Positions 36,918-47,131 of a DNA stretch of 64,000 bases are shown here, piece after piece. Location: contig CBDCFN010000016.1 of the NCBI GenBank assembly GCA_965216315.1, positions 352,001 to 416,000 of the forward strand, in the 5' to 3' direction. A model generated the notes under the pieces. It searched no databases. It worked only from the letters and a program-made list of their open reading frames with translations, and was not told the origin of the DNA. The translations under genes and the position numbers were made by a program. This stretch comes from a bacterium. Lineage in GTDB: Bacteria; UBA10199; 2-02-FULL-50-16; JAJFLM01. Positions within the stretch are counted from its first letter, which is position 1, and the number at the start of each line of letters is the position of its first letter.

Positions 36918-39470
36918 TTATGGTTTTACGATCACCGTCACCGACTGATCCAACTTAAGGTACTTTTGGGCGAGTTGCTGGACTTGTTTGCAAGTCACTC
37001 TTTTGATTTGTTCTGAATAGTTAAGATAATCGGCATAACCAAGACCGTAAATTTCATCGTAGGCGAGCAGTGCGCTGATGGAGCTATTGCGTTGTAAATC
37101 GAGTGAATACGTCCCGATTAAATAACGTTTCGCTCGCTCTAATTCGGCACGACTTATTGGTTTGGTGACAACCTTTTCCAGTTCCTTGATGATGCCCGAT
37201 TCCGCTGTGCTCAGTTTTTCAGGATCGGTACCCATGTAGACGGCAATAAAGCCACGTTCCATGCCTTCATATATGGCGGTGCTGACTGTGTAACAAAGGC
37301 TCTGCCGATCGCGCAGTTCTAGAAAGAGCCGTCCTCCCTGTCCCGCGAGGACGGCGTTGAGAACGTCTATCCCGTAGCGGTCCGGTGTATTAAGCACCGC
37401 TCCCAAAAAACCAGTAACGATATGCGCCTGTTGCATCCCTTTGCGACGGAGGATCGAGCGAACCGGCTGGCGCGGCGGCCGTTGTGACTTATGACGTACG
37501 GCCTTGGATTTATTTGCAGGGAGATGCTGCAGGTGTTCAAAGAGAACCTCTCGAATGTGTTCCGCATTGACATGACCGACGACACTCACGACAAGATTGT
37601 CCGGGCGCACCCATTTTCGGTAGGCCGAAATGAGTTGATTTGAACTTAGTGAGCGAACCGTGTTGGCTGTTCCGAGGATAGGAAAGCGATAGGGGTGATC
37701 AGGGAATAATTTTTGCACGAATTCTCGCATGGCCATGCGTGCGGGGACATCTCCTTGGTCGCGGATGGCGGTTAGAATATGTTTTTTTTCTTTTTGGACT
37801 TCGGCCTTGTCAAATGTAGGATTGCAGAGAACGTCAGCAAAAAGATCAAGCCCTTCATCTAGTTTTTCAGAGAGAAAGGTTGCCTTGAGTCCCAGTAAAT
37901 TGCGGCCTGCGTACCCGCTGATTGAGCCCGCCATCGTTTCGATTTGTGAGGCTATCTCCAGAGCATTACGGTGGATCGTTCCTTTGGTCGTTGTGTCGGA
38001 AATGAGGTTGGAAAGGCCGTTATTGCGGACTGTCTCAGAGCGAATTCCACCGAGTGAGGCCGATCGGATCGAGACCAGCGGAACGAGGGGATTTTCTTTG
38101 ACGATAAGTCGCAGTCCCCCGGGCAGGAAGAAACATTGAATATCCCCACTTTTCTTGACGGCGCGGCGACGTGTTTTTTTGGGTGGTTTGGGGAGCCCGC
38201 TGAGTAATTGCTGTTTGCTGATGGCTTTTTCTTCGCCTTTGGGATGGCAGAAGGCGAGATTAAGATTATTGCTGTTGAGGTAACGACATGCAACTTCCTG
38301 AATTTTTTCAGGCGTTACGGCTGCGACGGCCTCATAGTAAGTTTCTTCGTAAAGGTAGTCACCGGCGGTGATCTCAAAAAAACCAAGTTTACGGCACAGT
38401 CCCTCCACTGTTTCTCGCTCATAGACCTGGGCACTTTTCAGATTTGTCTTGGCTCGCATCAGCTCTCCCGGGCTAACGAGCTCGGCATGGAGTTTATATA
38501 ATTCCTTGAGGATGTTGTGAATGACTTGCTTGGGGCGACTGCGGGTGAGTTCCGCATCGACGAAAAACAGGCAAGGCTCGACGGGCGTATAGCATGCCGT
38601 ATCGATCGCGCGAACCAGTCCCTGGTTCTCTTTTAAGGACTGGTCAAGACGGGAACTTTCCCCTCCTGAGAGAATATGCGACAACACATCTAATGCAGGG
38701 ACATCTGGGTGAACCAGTTCAGGAGTATGAAAGGCAAGAGCGAGATAAGAGCCTTTGACATCCATCGTGCGCGTCCGGGCGCGGGGACGCCGCTGCTTCG
38801 GTTCTTTGGGTATCTTGATGCGTGGCGCCGGTGAATTTGAGAAACCATTGAGTAGTTTTTTGAGGCGCGGTAGAATTTTTATTGTTTCAAAGTCACCGCA
38901 TAATACAAAGATGAGATTAGGACCGACATACCAGCGCTTGTAAAAGGAAAGGAGCTGTTGCCGGCTTATTGCGCGTACGCTCTCTCGAGATCCGGCAATG
39001 GGATTGCCATAAGGATGGCGCTGAAAAGATGTTCGGAAAATATCCTCTGATACCTGGTGCCCGGGGGAATCCTCGGAACGCGATATTTCTTCGACGACGA
39101 CCTCTTTTTCGCGCGTGAGTTCTTCGCTGTCAAAGAGGGGGTTGAGGGCGGCATCAATGAGGATGTCGAGACCTTCTTTCATGAACTCGCTGGCCATGTT
39201 GATATAAAAAACCGTTTCGTCAAAGCTCGTATAGGCATTAATGTCTCCACCCGAGGCCTCGACTTGGCGGGCGATTTCGCCGACAGGATACTTCGGCGTT
39301 CCTTTGAATATCATATGCTCGATCAGATGGCAGATCCCCGCCTCTTTGGGGCCCTCATAGCGGCTCCCGACCTTGCAGCACAGGTTCATCGAAACCACGG
39401 GAGCGTTGTGGCTCTCTTGGATTAAGATGGTGAGTCCGTTATCGAGGACGATTTTTTGTGGTTCGTTCAT
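36918..39470 (-). CDS. M16 family zinc peptidase (fused double domain)
   Basis: HLIEH inverted zincin motif, NAYTSFDET, SRL, RLF.ELR. Confidence 0.93.
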   Translation of the reverse strand: MNEPQKIVLDNGLTILIQESHNAPVVSMNLCCKVGSRYEGPKEAGICHLIEHMIFKGTPKYPVGEIARQVEASGGDINAYTSFDETVFYINMASEFMKEGLDILIDAALNPLFDSEELTREKEVVVEEISRSEDSPGHQVSEDIFRTSFQRHPYGNPIAGSRESVRAISRQQLLSFYKRWYVGPNLIFVLCGDFETIKILPRLKKLLNGFSNSPAPRIKIPKEPKQRRPRARTRTMDVKGSYLALAFHTPELVHPDVPALDVLSHILSGGESSRLDQSLKENQGLVRAIDTACYTPVEPCLFFVDAELTRSRPKQVIHNILKELYKLHAELVSPGELMRAKTNLKSAQVYERETVEGLCRKLGFFEITAGDYLYEETYYEAVAAVTPEKIQEVACRYLNSNNLNLAFCHPKGEEKAISKQQLLSGLPKPPKKTRRRAVKKSGDIQCFFLPGGLRLIVKENPLVPLVSIRSASLGGIRSETVRNNGLSNLISDTTTKGTIHRNALEIASQIETMAGSISGYAGRNLLGLKATFLSEKLDEGLDLFADVLCNPTFDKAEVQKEKKHILTAIRDQGDVPARMAMREFVQKLFPDHPYRFPILGTANTVRSLSSNQLISAYRKWVRPDNLVVSVVGHVNAEHIREVLFEHLQHLPANKSKAVRHKSQRPPRQPVRSILRRKGMQQAHIVTGFLGAVLNTPDRYGIDVLNAVLAGQGGRLFLELRDRQSLCYTVSTAIYEGMERGFIAVYMGTDPEKLSTAESGIIKELEKVVTKPISRAELERAKRYLIGTYSLDLQRNSSISALLAYDEIYGLGYADYLNYSEQIKRVTCKQVQQLAQKYLKLDQSVTVIVKP

Positions 39471-39631
39471 TGATAACGCTCCCTAGTGAGCAAAGTGAAC
39501 GAGAGGGGGAGGCTCCGGGAGCTTTGCTTCTGGAGGGGGCGACGCGAGCCCCTATCGAAAGCCGCGTTGTGGCTCTCTTGGATCAAGATGGTGAGTCCGT
39601 TATCGAGGACGATTTTTTGTGGTTCATTCAT
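39467..39631 (-). CDS. 54-aa mini-ORF: duplicated peptidase N-terminus plus palindromic element; ATGA overlap with the peptidase start
   Basis: Hand translation MNEPQKIVLDNGLTILIQESHNAAFDRGSRRPLQKQSSRSLPLSFTLLTRERYQ*. Confidence 0.5.
   Translation of the reverse strand: MNEPQKIVLDNGLTILIQESHNAAFDRGSRRPLQKQSSRSLPLSFTLLTRERYQ
39483..39555. repeat. 73-bp dispersed palindromic element, copy 2
   Basis: Aligns without gaps to 2954-3026. Confidence 0.9.
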
Positions 39632-39693
39632 GAGGAACCCTCACGTATCAGTATTCAGGTGGCAGCGTAAAGTGTAAAGATTTGGAGTGCGTT

Positions 39694-39728
39694 CCTCCCT
39701 TTGTAAAGGGAGGCTAGGAGGGATTTAA
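39694..39728. repeat. REP singlet
   Basis: 34/35 identical to 32464-32498. Confidence 0.85.
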
Positions 39729-39832
39729 TATACGAAAGAGGGGGATAGTGGTTATCACTTGATATTCGAACATACCCCTTGAAGGCATCTGTAGGGCCGT
39801 GTAGAGTGAAGCAGGGAATTTATGGAGTTAAA

Positions 39833-40483
39833 ATGTTTGAGATAATCTTTGTCCGTCATGGAGAAACCGAGTGGAATCGCGGCCGCCGCATCATGGGAGC
39901 GAAGCCGATTCCCTTGAATGAGAACGGCCAGCGCCAGATCCGTGACTTGGCGGCCTATTTTAAAGATGTGTCGTTTGATGCGATTTATACCAGCCCGATC
40001 ATCCGTGCGGCTGAAAGTGCCGCTATCTTGGCTGAGGGCCGTGATATTGCCCCTATCGAAGATGAAGCCCTTGCCGAGATTAATTATGGACCGTGGGTGG
40101 GAATGACCTTTGATGAGGTTCGGGAGCGTCCTGAGTTTCGTGACTACCATTTAAGGCCTTCTCAAGCCAAAGTACCGGGTGGCGAGGATATGGATGAAGT
40201 GTTTCAACGCATCGGTGGTTTTGTAGAGCGCCTCCGTAAAGAAGAAAAGAACAAACGTATACTTGCCGTGTCTCATGCAGATGTTATTAAACTGGCTGTC
40301 GTCAAGTACCTGGCCATGCCTCTTGACGATATGCATCGCATGCGCATTGATAATGGCTCTCATTCGCACATATGGTTTAGCGGGCCCCTGGAGCGGGTCC
40401 TAATCGTGAATGGTTTGCCCCGGGTTGATGGGTTTTTTGAAAAAACCAGTTTATTTGCCCGAGAATATCCGGGGAAAAAATAA
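39833..40483 (+). CDS. Histidine phosphatase (phosphoglycerate mutase-like)
   Basis: RHGETEWN, PGGE, VSH; GGAG RBS. Confidence 0.9.
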   Translation: MFEIIFVRHGETEWNRGRRIMGAKPIPLNENGQRQIRDLAAYFKDVSFDAIYTSPIIRAAESAAILAEGRDIAPIEDEALAEINYGPWVGMTFDEVRERPEFRDYHLRPSQAKVPGGEDMDEVFQRIGGFVERLRKEEKNKRILAVSHADVIKLAVVKYLAMPLDDMHRMRIDNGSHSHIWFSGPLERVLIVNGLPRVDGFFEKTSLFAREYPGKK

Positions 40484-40491
40484 CAAAAGCT

Positions 40492-42420
40492 ATGGCACCT
40501 CCTAAGGTTCCCGTTGATAAACCTTATCAAAAGATGACAGCGGCGGAACTTGAGGACGCGGTACGCTATCACAATTATCTTTATTTCACGGAAAATAATC
40601 CCGTTATCTCCGACTACGATTTTGATCGGATGGTGCGTCGCCTTGAGAAGTTGCAGCCGGAGGCAGGCGTACTACAAGAAATTCCTTCCGAAGGAGAAAC
40701 ACGTTCCAAGGTAAAGCATCTGCAACCCATGCTGTCGTTGGAAAAGGCATATTCCGCAGCTGAGGTGCAAAAGTGGGCGGGTAAGTTTGAGGGATCCCTG
40801 ATGGTATCGCCGAAGATTGACGGGTTGGCACTGGAGATTCGCTATGACAAGGATGGACAATTGATTTTGGCCGCGACTAGGGGGAATGGCATTCAAGGTG
40901 AGCTGATTACGGATAATGTCCGCATGATCGCAGATATTCCGCAACAAGTCCCCCAAGGCCCGGTAGAAGTGCGCGGTGAGATTTACATGAAACTTTCTAT
41001 CTTTAGGCGGCATTATGCCGATCAATTTGCCAACCCGAGAAATTTGGCCGCTGGCGCCTTGAAACAAAAAGATCCCAGTAAAACCAAGGAATATCGTTTG
41101 TCATTTTTTGCTTACGGGTTGAAGGGGACGGCACATCAGTCGGAGTGGGAAAAGTTTCAGGAGCTAAAAAAATGGGAGTTCCCCATCGTCGAATTAAAAA
41201 AAATTGACCGCGACATAATCGAGGAGACCTATCAGTATTTTCTGTCGCGGAGGGAAGAGTATGATTATGAGACGGATGGTGTCGTTTTCATGGCCGACGA
41301 TGTAGCGGTTCAAGAAGAGCTGGGCTCTACGGCGCATCATCCACGCTGGAGCATTGCTTATAAATATCAAGGCGACTCCGGCGTGACGACGCTTCACGAC
41401 GTTGAATGGAGTGTCGCGCGGAGTGGAGCCATAACGCCCATCGGCATTGTTGAACCGGTGGCCCTTTCCGGAGCCATGGTTTCACGGGTTTCGCTGCATA
41501 ATTACGGCCAGATGATGGAGAAAAAGCTGAAGCGAGGGGCTCAGGTCGTCATGGTAAGGCGTGGTGGAGTGATCCCCTATCTTGAGGCCGTTGAAAAGGC
41601 CGGCAGGGGAAAATTATTTAAGGCGCCGGAGCGATGTCCTTCCTGTGGTTCGCCGACGGAAGTCAGGGACGAATTTCTTTATTGTACGAATGCCAAGGGG
41701 TGCAGTCAGACCAAGATCGCCGAGTTAGAGCATTTTATTAAGACGGTTGAGATAGATGGCTTTGGTCCAAAATTAGTGACTAAACTATATGATAACGAAC
41801 TGGTAACGGAGCCAGCCGATTTTTATGATCTCACTAAGGAAGCCCTTCTTGATCTAGAGCGGATGGGGGATAAACTCGCGACAAAATTGATCCGCAATAT
41901 TCAAGACAAGCGCTTTTTAGACCTGGAAACATTTCTGGCGTGTCTCGGTATTAGAGAAGTCGGTCGTCAAGTGGCACGTGTGCTGAGTGAGAGATTCGGG
42001 ACGTTTGAGGCGGTGCGCACGGCTTCAGCGGAAGATCTGACTTCTGTCGATATGGTAGGGCCTGTCATTGCCGAGGAATTAAGCGGCGGTCTTAAGGCGC
42101 GGGAAGAGAGTATTGCGAGGTTACTAGCACACGTTTCAATTAAGAAAACTGAAGTTACGGAAATGACAGGGAAGCTGGCCGGAAAAAAAATCTGCTTTAC
42201 CGGCTCGCTGGCGGGTATGTCGCGCAGCGACGGGCAGAAAAAAGTCAAGGCGCTGGGAGGTATTGCAACGAGTTCCGTAACGAAAGATCTGGATTATCTT
42301 GTCGTCGGCAGTGAAGGCAAGGCGGGGAGCAAGTTGACCAAGGCGGAGAAATTAGTACAATCAGGCGCCGATTTAAAGATTATTCAGGAAGACGATTTCT
42401 TAAAATTGATTGGCGCTTAA
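40492..42420 (+). CDS. ligA: NAD-dependent DNA ligase
   Basis: KIDG, TRGNG, EVRGE, ANPRN, CPSCG, BRCT. Confidence 0.95.
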   Translation: MAPPKVPVDKPYQKMTAAELEDAVRYHNYLYFTENNPVISDYDFDRMVRRLEKLQPEAGVLQEIPSEGETRSKVKHLQPMLSLEKAYSAAEVQKWAGKFEGSLMVSPKIDGLALEIRYDKDGQLILAATRGNGIQGELITDNVRMIADIPQQVPQGPVEVRGEIYMKLSIFRRHYADQFANPRNLAAGALKQKDPSKTKEYRLSFFAYGLKGTAHQSEWEKFQELKKWEFPIVELKKIDRDIIEETYQYFLSRREEYDYETDGVVFMADDVAVQEELGSTAHHPRWSIAYKYQGDSGVTTLHDVEWSVARSGAITPIGIVEPVALSGAMVSRVSLHNYGQMMEKKLKRGAQVVMVRRGGVIPYLEAVEKAGRGKLFKAPERCPSCGSPTEVRDEFLYCTNAKGCSQTKIAELEHFIKTVEIDGFGPKLVTKLYDNELVTEPADFYDLTKEALLDLERMGDKLATKLIRNIQDKRFLDLETFLACLGIREVGRQVARVLSERFGTFEAVRTASAEDLTSVDMVGPVIAEELSGGLKAREESIARLLAHVSIKKTEVTEMTGKLAGKKICFTGSLAGMSRSDGQKKVKALGGIATSSVTKDLDYLVVGSEGKAGSKLTKAEKLVQSGADLKIIQEDDFLKLIGA

Positions 42421-43373
42421 CTCCAGTCCAGCATTTTCTGTAACGGTCGGAGCGCTGATTTTCTCAGTTTTTCATCCATGGTGATTTCCGGTTCAAGATC
42501 GCGTAAGCAGAGGTAGAGCTTTTCGAGCGTATTTAGTCTCATGTGAGGGCATTCGTTACAGGCGCAACTTTGATCTTCCGGGGGTCCCGCTAGCAGCGTT
42601 TTGTGCGGAACCTTTTTTTGCATCTGGTGGAGAATGCCGGATTCCGTGACGACAATGAATTCCTCTGCCGGGTCTTCTTCAGCAAATTTCAAGAGTTTTG
42701 AGGTTGAACCAATGAACGAGGCGTGTCTCAGGATTTTCTCCTCGCATTCCGGGTGGGCGATAACCTTGGCGTGGGGATGGCGCATCTTGAGCTGGATGAT
42801 ACGCTTTTCCGAAAAGATATCGTGAACCATGCAACTCCCATTCCAGAGAACCATATCGCGACCCGTTTCTTTCATTAAGTAACGGCCGAGATTGCGGTCA
42901 GGGGCGAATACGATCGGTCGATTGGCTGGGATATGACTGAGAATTTTAGCCGCGTTGGATGAGGTGCAGATGACGTCACTCATCGCCTTTATTTCGGCCG
43001 TGCAGTTGATGTAGCTCACGACAAAATGTGCCGGATGGGACATTTTGAATTCAGCAAATTTCTCGGGTGGGCAGCTGTCAGCTAAAGAGCAGCCGGCATT
43101 TAAGTCGGGAACAACAACCGTTTTATTGGGATTAAGTATTTTAGCCGTTTCAGCCATGAAATGAACGCCGGCAAAGGCAATGACCTTGGCGTCAGTTTCT
43201 TGTGCCCGCCGAGCGAGGCCGAGACTGTCTTCGACGTAATCGGCAAGGTCTTGAATTTCCGATTCTTGATAGAAGTGCGCCAGGATGACAGCACTGCGCT
43301 CTTCCTTGAGACGGATGATCTCGGAGGCGAGATCAGGCGCAGGTTTAGTTACTGTGTTCTCTAGAAATGGCAT
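42417..43373 (-). CDS. nadA: Quinolinate synthase
   Basis: [33 protein letters not shown]. Confidence 0.96.
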   Translation of the reverse strand: MPFLENTVTKPAPDLASEIIRLKEERSAVILAHFYQESEIQDLADYVEDSLGLARRAQETDAKVIAFAGVHFMAETAKILNPNKTVVVPDLNAGCSLADSCPPEKFAEFKMSHPAHFVVSYINCTAEIKAMSDVICTSSNAAKILSHIPANRPIVFAPDRNLGRYLMKETGRDMVLWNGSCMVHDIFSEKRIIQLKMRHPHAKVIAHPECEEKILRHASFIGSTSKLLKFAEEDPAEEFIVVTESGILHQMQKKVPHKTLLAGPPEDQSCACNECPHMRLNTLEKLYLCLRDLEPEITMDEKLRKSALRPLQKMLDWS

Positions 43374-43501
43374 GATAAGTTCCCTAAGAGTGCACTGACA
43401 TCTACTAAGATAAGAGGTCCTTGCCGTGATGTCAATCCTGCTAAAAAGCCTTATGTTTTTAGGGTTTACATTTATTTGCCCTCCGATTACATCGCAGGGC
43501 C

Positions 43502-44515
43502 ATGACTGAGCAAAGAGGGATGAAAGTATCTCATGTATTGAAGCGTGCCTCGGTCGGCTTGGGAATGATATTCATTGCGAGTTCATTGCTCTACTGGTGT
43601 CTTCGCCAAATTGATTTTGGTGCGCTTTGGCAGGATATCTATAAGGCGGATTTCTTGAGTCTTATTGCAGCGATGGTCTGCATCTATACGATTCTCCTCA
43701 TTAATACGTGGCAGTGGCAACTTTTTTTGCCAAAATCGCGTCCTTTGTCATTTGAGCGGATGTTTCGAGTGATCCGTGTGATGGGGCTGATGGATAACGT
43801 GATTCCGTGGGGCAAGGCTTTTATTATTTATCACTTGGGTCAAATTGAGAAAGTGGGTAAGGCCGTTGCGGTATCTGTATTGACTTTAGATCAAGTTGCA
43901 GAGGGGGCTTCGAAACTTATCATTTTTTTGATAGTCGCCTATGTTGCGCCTCTCCCTTTATGGATGACGCAAGGGATTTCCATTGCCGTTGTGACTATCG
44001 TGATCAGCTACTTCACTTTATTATATCTAGCTTACCGACATAAAGAATATGAAGAAGCCGATCCGGAAGATTTGCATCAATGGCACCAAAAAATTTTCCA
44101 TTTTATCTCGAAATGGGCCCATCATTTGCACGCGATGCGGGATTATAAGATAACCCTGCTCACCATATTTCATGCGATTCTGATGAAGGCCTGCGAAGTG
44201 GGGGCTGTTTATTTCGTGCAGTTATCGTTCGGTGTCGACTTGCCGCTCTGGTCATCCTTTTTTCTGGTGGCCGCTTACAATCTATCCACGATCATTCCCG
44301 TGACACCTGGTAATGTCGGAATATTTGAGGCGACGGTTTTTTACGCCTACAAGTCGATGGGAGTTGATCCGACGCAGGCCATGTCATTGGCCTTGCTCAA
44401 CCATTTTGTTTATTTGGTTCCGATGGTGGTGCCCGGCTACTGGGTATCCGTGCGAATGGGCATAAACCTCAGTCAGACGTTATTTGATCGCGATTCCAGG
44501 CTTGTCACCGACTGA
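43502..44515 (+). CDS. Lysylphosphatidylglycerol-synthase TM-region (UPF0104) flippase-like protein
   Basis: Multi-[13 protein letters not shown] motif. Confidence 0.8.
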   Translation: MTEQRGMKVSHVLKRASVGLGMIFIASSLLYWCLRQIDFGALWQDIYKADFLSLIAAMVCIYTILLINTWQWQLFLPKSRPLSFERMFRVIRVMGLMDNVIPWGKAFIIYHLGQIEKVGKAVAVSVLTLDQVAEGASKLIIFLIVAYVAPLPLWMTQGISIAVVTIVISYFTLLYLAYRHKEYEEADPEDLHQWHQKIFHFISKWAHHLHAMRDYKITLLTIFHAILMKACEVGAVYFVQLSFGVDLPLWSSFFLVAAYNLSTIIPVTPGNVGIFEATVFYAYKSMGVDPTQAMSLALLNHFVYLVPMVVPGYWVSVRMGINLSQTLFDRDSRLVTD

Positions 44516-44537
44516 TGATTGCTATAGCTTGCCGCAA

Positions 44538-46193
44538 ATGTGTCGCTTAAGTGCCATAATTGTTGCCGTAGTTCTATGCGCGAGTTCGAGTCTGTGGGCC
44601 TACAGCTCGCCCAATGTTCCCATTGATCGGCGAGTCTATAAGGATATCGATAAACTCGTCGCTTCAAAACTCGTCAGTAACGTCATTTATGGGCAACGGC
44701 CCTGGAGTCGCAATGAGATTGCCCGGATTATTGCCGTTGCGCTGCGAAATCGTGAGGCTGCCGATCAAAGCATTGCACCCAACGGACGGGAATCATTGCG
44801 ATGGATGTATATGGACAGTGTTCTGGAGTATCTAAAGAAAGAATATCGGGAGGAATTGATTGAGCAGGGGGTTATTGAAGGGGAAAAGAAGACAACTTCT
44901 TTTCGTCCATTAGAGTATGTTCAGGCAGAATACACTTTTCTCGATAATGATTTAAGAAATATTCACGACAATGGGCAAGGTCGTATCAATGCTGTCGTTT
45001 CACCATTGACTGCCTATGAAGAAGGTCGACGATATCCGGACGGTCATCAATTAGCTGTCGAAACTGAGAGTTGGTTAAGGGCCTCTCGATTTTTTTCAAT
45101 GTATCTTCGGCCCCGCTTTCAGTTAAGTGTGACTCATGGAGGAGATGCTAGTCTGAGACCTTATGTGCAGCAACTCTATGCCAAATTTGCGGTCCCCCAT
45201 TTTGAATTGGAAGTAGGGCGTGATTCAATAGAATGGGGCCAAGGTGAGTTTGGCGGGGTTCTCCTTTCTAATAACGCACGGCCTCTTGATCTCATAAAAA
45301 TTTCTAATCCTTCGCCGTCACAACTACCATGGGTATTTAAGCATCTCGGACACTGGCGGTACACGTTTTTTGTCGCCAATATGGGACCAGAGCGAGAATT
45401 TCCCTATGCCTATCTTACGGGGATTAAGATAAGTCTTAAACCGGCGTCATTTTTTGAAATCGGTTTTTCCCAGCTTATGTTGCTTGGTGGTGATGGTTCT
45501 CCAGGCTCATACAGTGCAGGCGGGGTAATTCGGGAATTTTTTGGTGGGAGAAGCAGCGGAAGAAACCGCACGAATCGACAGGCCGGCTTTGATATGCGCT
45601 TCTTTTTGCCTTTCCTGCGAAACACACAAATTTATCTAGATATTCAATTTGAGGATGACTATTACACTTCTCTGGAGAAGCTGAAGTTTCAGTTTGGGCA
45701 TCTGGCAAGCTATCATACAGGCATCTATTTTCCACGACTTGATTATGATGGGCGTATGTCTCTTAGGCTTGAGTATCTTCATGGCTCTCCTTATTTTTAT
45801 CGGCATGCCCCATATGTGACGGGGATGGCCCTGAATGGGAAAATTTTGGGGAATGAGGTTGGGCCAGACAGTGATGCTGCCTATGTAACTTTTTCATATG
45901 ACTATTCACGGGATTTATGGTTCTCTTTTTTGCTTAAATATGAATTGAGAGATGGGGACGATATCCAGGAGTTTTTCGCTCCTAACAGGCAAATAATTAC
46001 TGTTCTAGATCGGCCTGATGAAAGCCGGTTTGGCATTAGTGCCAATGTGAACTGCAGAATCAAGAAATCATGGGAGTTATTGTTGGAGGCAGGATACGAA
46101 CATGTCAACTCATATAACTTCATTGCCGGTGAGATCCGCGAGAATTTCTTGCTACGTGCCGGTTTACGTTATCATGCTCAAATGGGGAGATAA
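44538..46193 (+). CDS. wzi: Capsule assembly Wzi-family outer-membrane protein
   Basis: Signal peptide, RPWSR.E, GRDSIEWGQG, LLSNNARP. Confidence 0.8.
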   Translation: MCRLSAIIVAVVLCASSSLWAYSSPNVPIDRRVYKDIDKLVASKLVSNVIYGQRPWSRNEIARIIAVALRNREAADQSIAPNGRESLRWMYMDSVLEYLKKEYREELIEQGVIEGEKKTTSFRPLEYVQAEYTFLDNDLRNIHDNGQGRINAVVSPLTAYEEGRRYPDGHQLAVETESWLRASRFFSMYLRPRFQLSVTHGGDASLRPYVQQLYAKFAVPHFELEVGRDSIEWGQGEFGGVLLSNNARPLDLIKISNPSPSQLPWVFKHLGHWRYTFFVANMGPEREFPYAYLTGIKISLKPASFFEIGFSQLMLLGGDGSPGSYSAGGVIREFFGGRSSGRNRTNRQAGFDMRFFLPFLRNTQIYLDIQFEDDYYTSLEKLKFQFGHLASYHTGIYFPRLDYDGRMSLRLEYLHGSPYFYRHAPYVTGMALNGKILGNEVGPDSDAAYVTFSYDYSRDLWFSFLLKYELRDGDDIQEFFAPNRQIITVLDRPDESRFGISANVNCRIKKSWELLLEAGYEHVNSYNFIAGEIRENFLLRAGLRYHAQMGR

Positions 46194-47114
46194 ATGAGGA
46201 AAACGGTTTTCATATTGCCGAGCTGTTCTAAGGCACCTAACTCTTTAATAGCGGGTGTGTCTTGTCGTGAGAGACTTAGTCGTTCTCTCGAAGCTAATGA
46301 GTATGATGTTGTAGGTAGGGCAAGCGACGCTGATCTCAAAATACAAGCATGCTATATGTTGATCGATGGTGAAAAAGTTCACCTCTGTGAGAAAGGTGTC
46401 AATGCTATAGAAGATCGGCTATTGAACTCGCTTCGCAAGCCAGCAGATGGGCTGATAGCACGATTAATTAATCGCCGTATTTCCTTGGCGATTACTAAGC
46501 GCCTTATGAATACTTCAGTAATGCCAAATCACATCACGATTTTGACGCTTGTTCTGGGTTTAGCCTGTGGTTTTGTTGTGGCTTTAGGCGGTTATTGGGC
46601 AGGAATTTGGGGGGCGCTTTTATTTCAAATGCAATCGACTCTTGATGGGGTTGACGGCGAGTTAGCACGATTGCGCTTTCAAGGTTCACTCTTGGGACAG
46701 TGGCTTGATACCATAAGTGATGATCTGTCAGAGCTGTCATTTGTCATAGGATTGACAGTTATTACCCAGTTTCAAGCGCTGCGCATGATTGGGATTGTAG
46801 GAATCGCGGTTTTTGTCCTTACTCAAGGAATCTTATATTACAGATTGGCGACGGTCTATCGGTCTGGCGATCTTCAGGTGATAAAGTGGGATTCAGGATC
46901 GTCCACTGGGATTGTAGCTCAACTTAGGTTCATGTTTAGACATGATTTTTTCTGTTTTATTAGTGTTGTCCTGGCTGTTCTGAATAGCCTGGATGTGCTG
47001 CTCGTGATGGCGACAGTCGGACGAATCGCCGTTTTCACTGTGCTCGTGAAGTATCTCGTTCAAGGTGAAGCACCGCGGAGAACGGCGCTAAAGGATCACC
47101 GTGCTGAATATTAG
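46194..47114 (+). CDS. CDP-alcohol phosphatidyltransferase (DIPPS-like)
   Basis: DGLIARLINRRIS, PNHIT, DGVDGELAR..S..G.WLD..SD. Confidence 0.85.
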   Translation: MRKTVFILPSCSKAPNSLIAGVSCRERLSRSLEANEYDVVGRASDADLKIQACYMLIDGEKVHLCEKGVNAIEDRLLNSLRKPADGLIARLINRRISLAITKRLMNTSVMPNHITILTLVLGLACGFVVALGGYWAGIWGALLFQMQSTLDGVDGELARLRFQGSLLGQWLDTISDDLSELSFVIGLTVITQFQALRMIGIVGIAVFVLTQGILYYRLATVYRSGDLQVIKWDSGSSTGIVAQLRFMFRHDFFCFISVVLAVLNSLDVLLVMATVGRIAVFTVLVKYLVQGEAPRRTALKDHRAEY

Positions 47115-47131
47115 AGCGAGTCGTTTTTGTC

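Larger units (their letters stand above)
39403..39631 (-). repeat. 68-bp direct duplication of the M16 peptidase 5' end (39403-39470 and 39564-39631)
   Basis: Both copies encode MNEPQKIVLDNGLTILIQESHNA; 2 internal differences, both silent (AAT/AAC, TTG/TTA). Confidence 0.95.
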
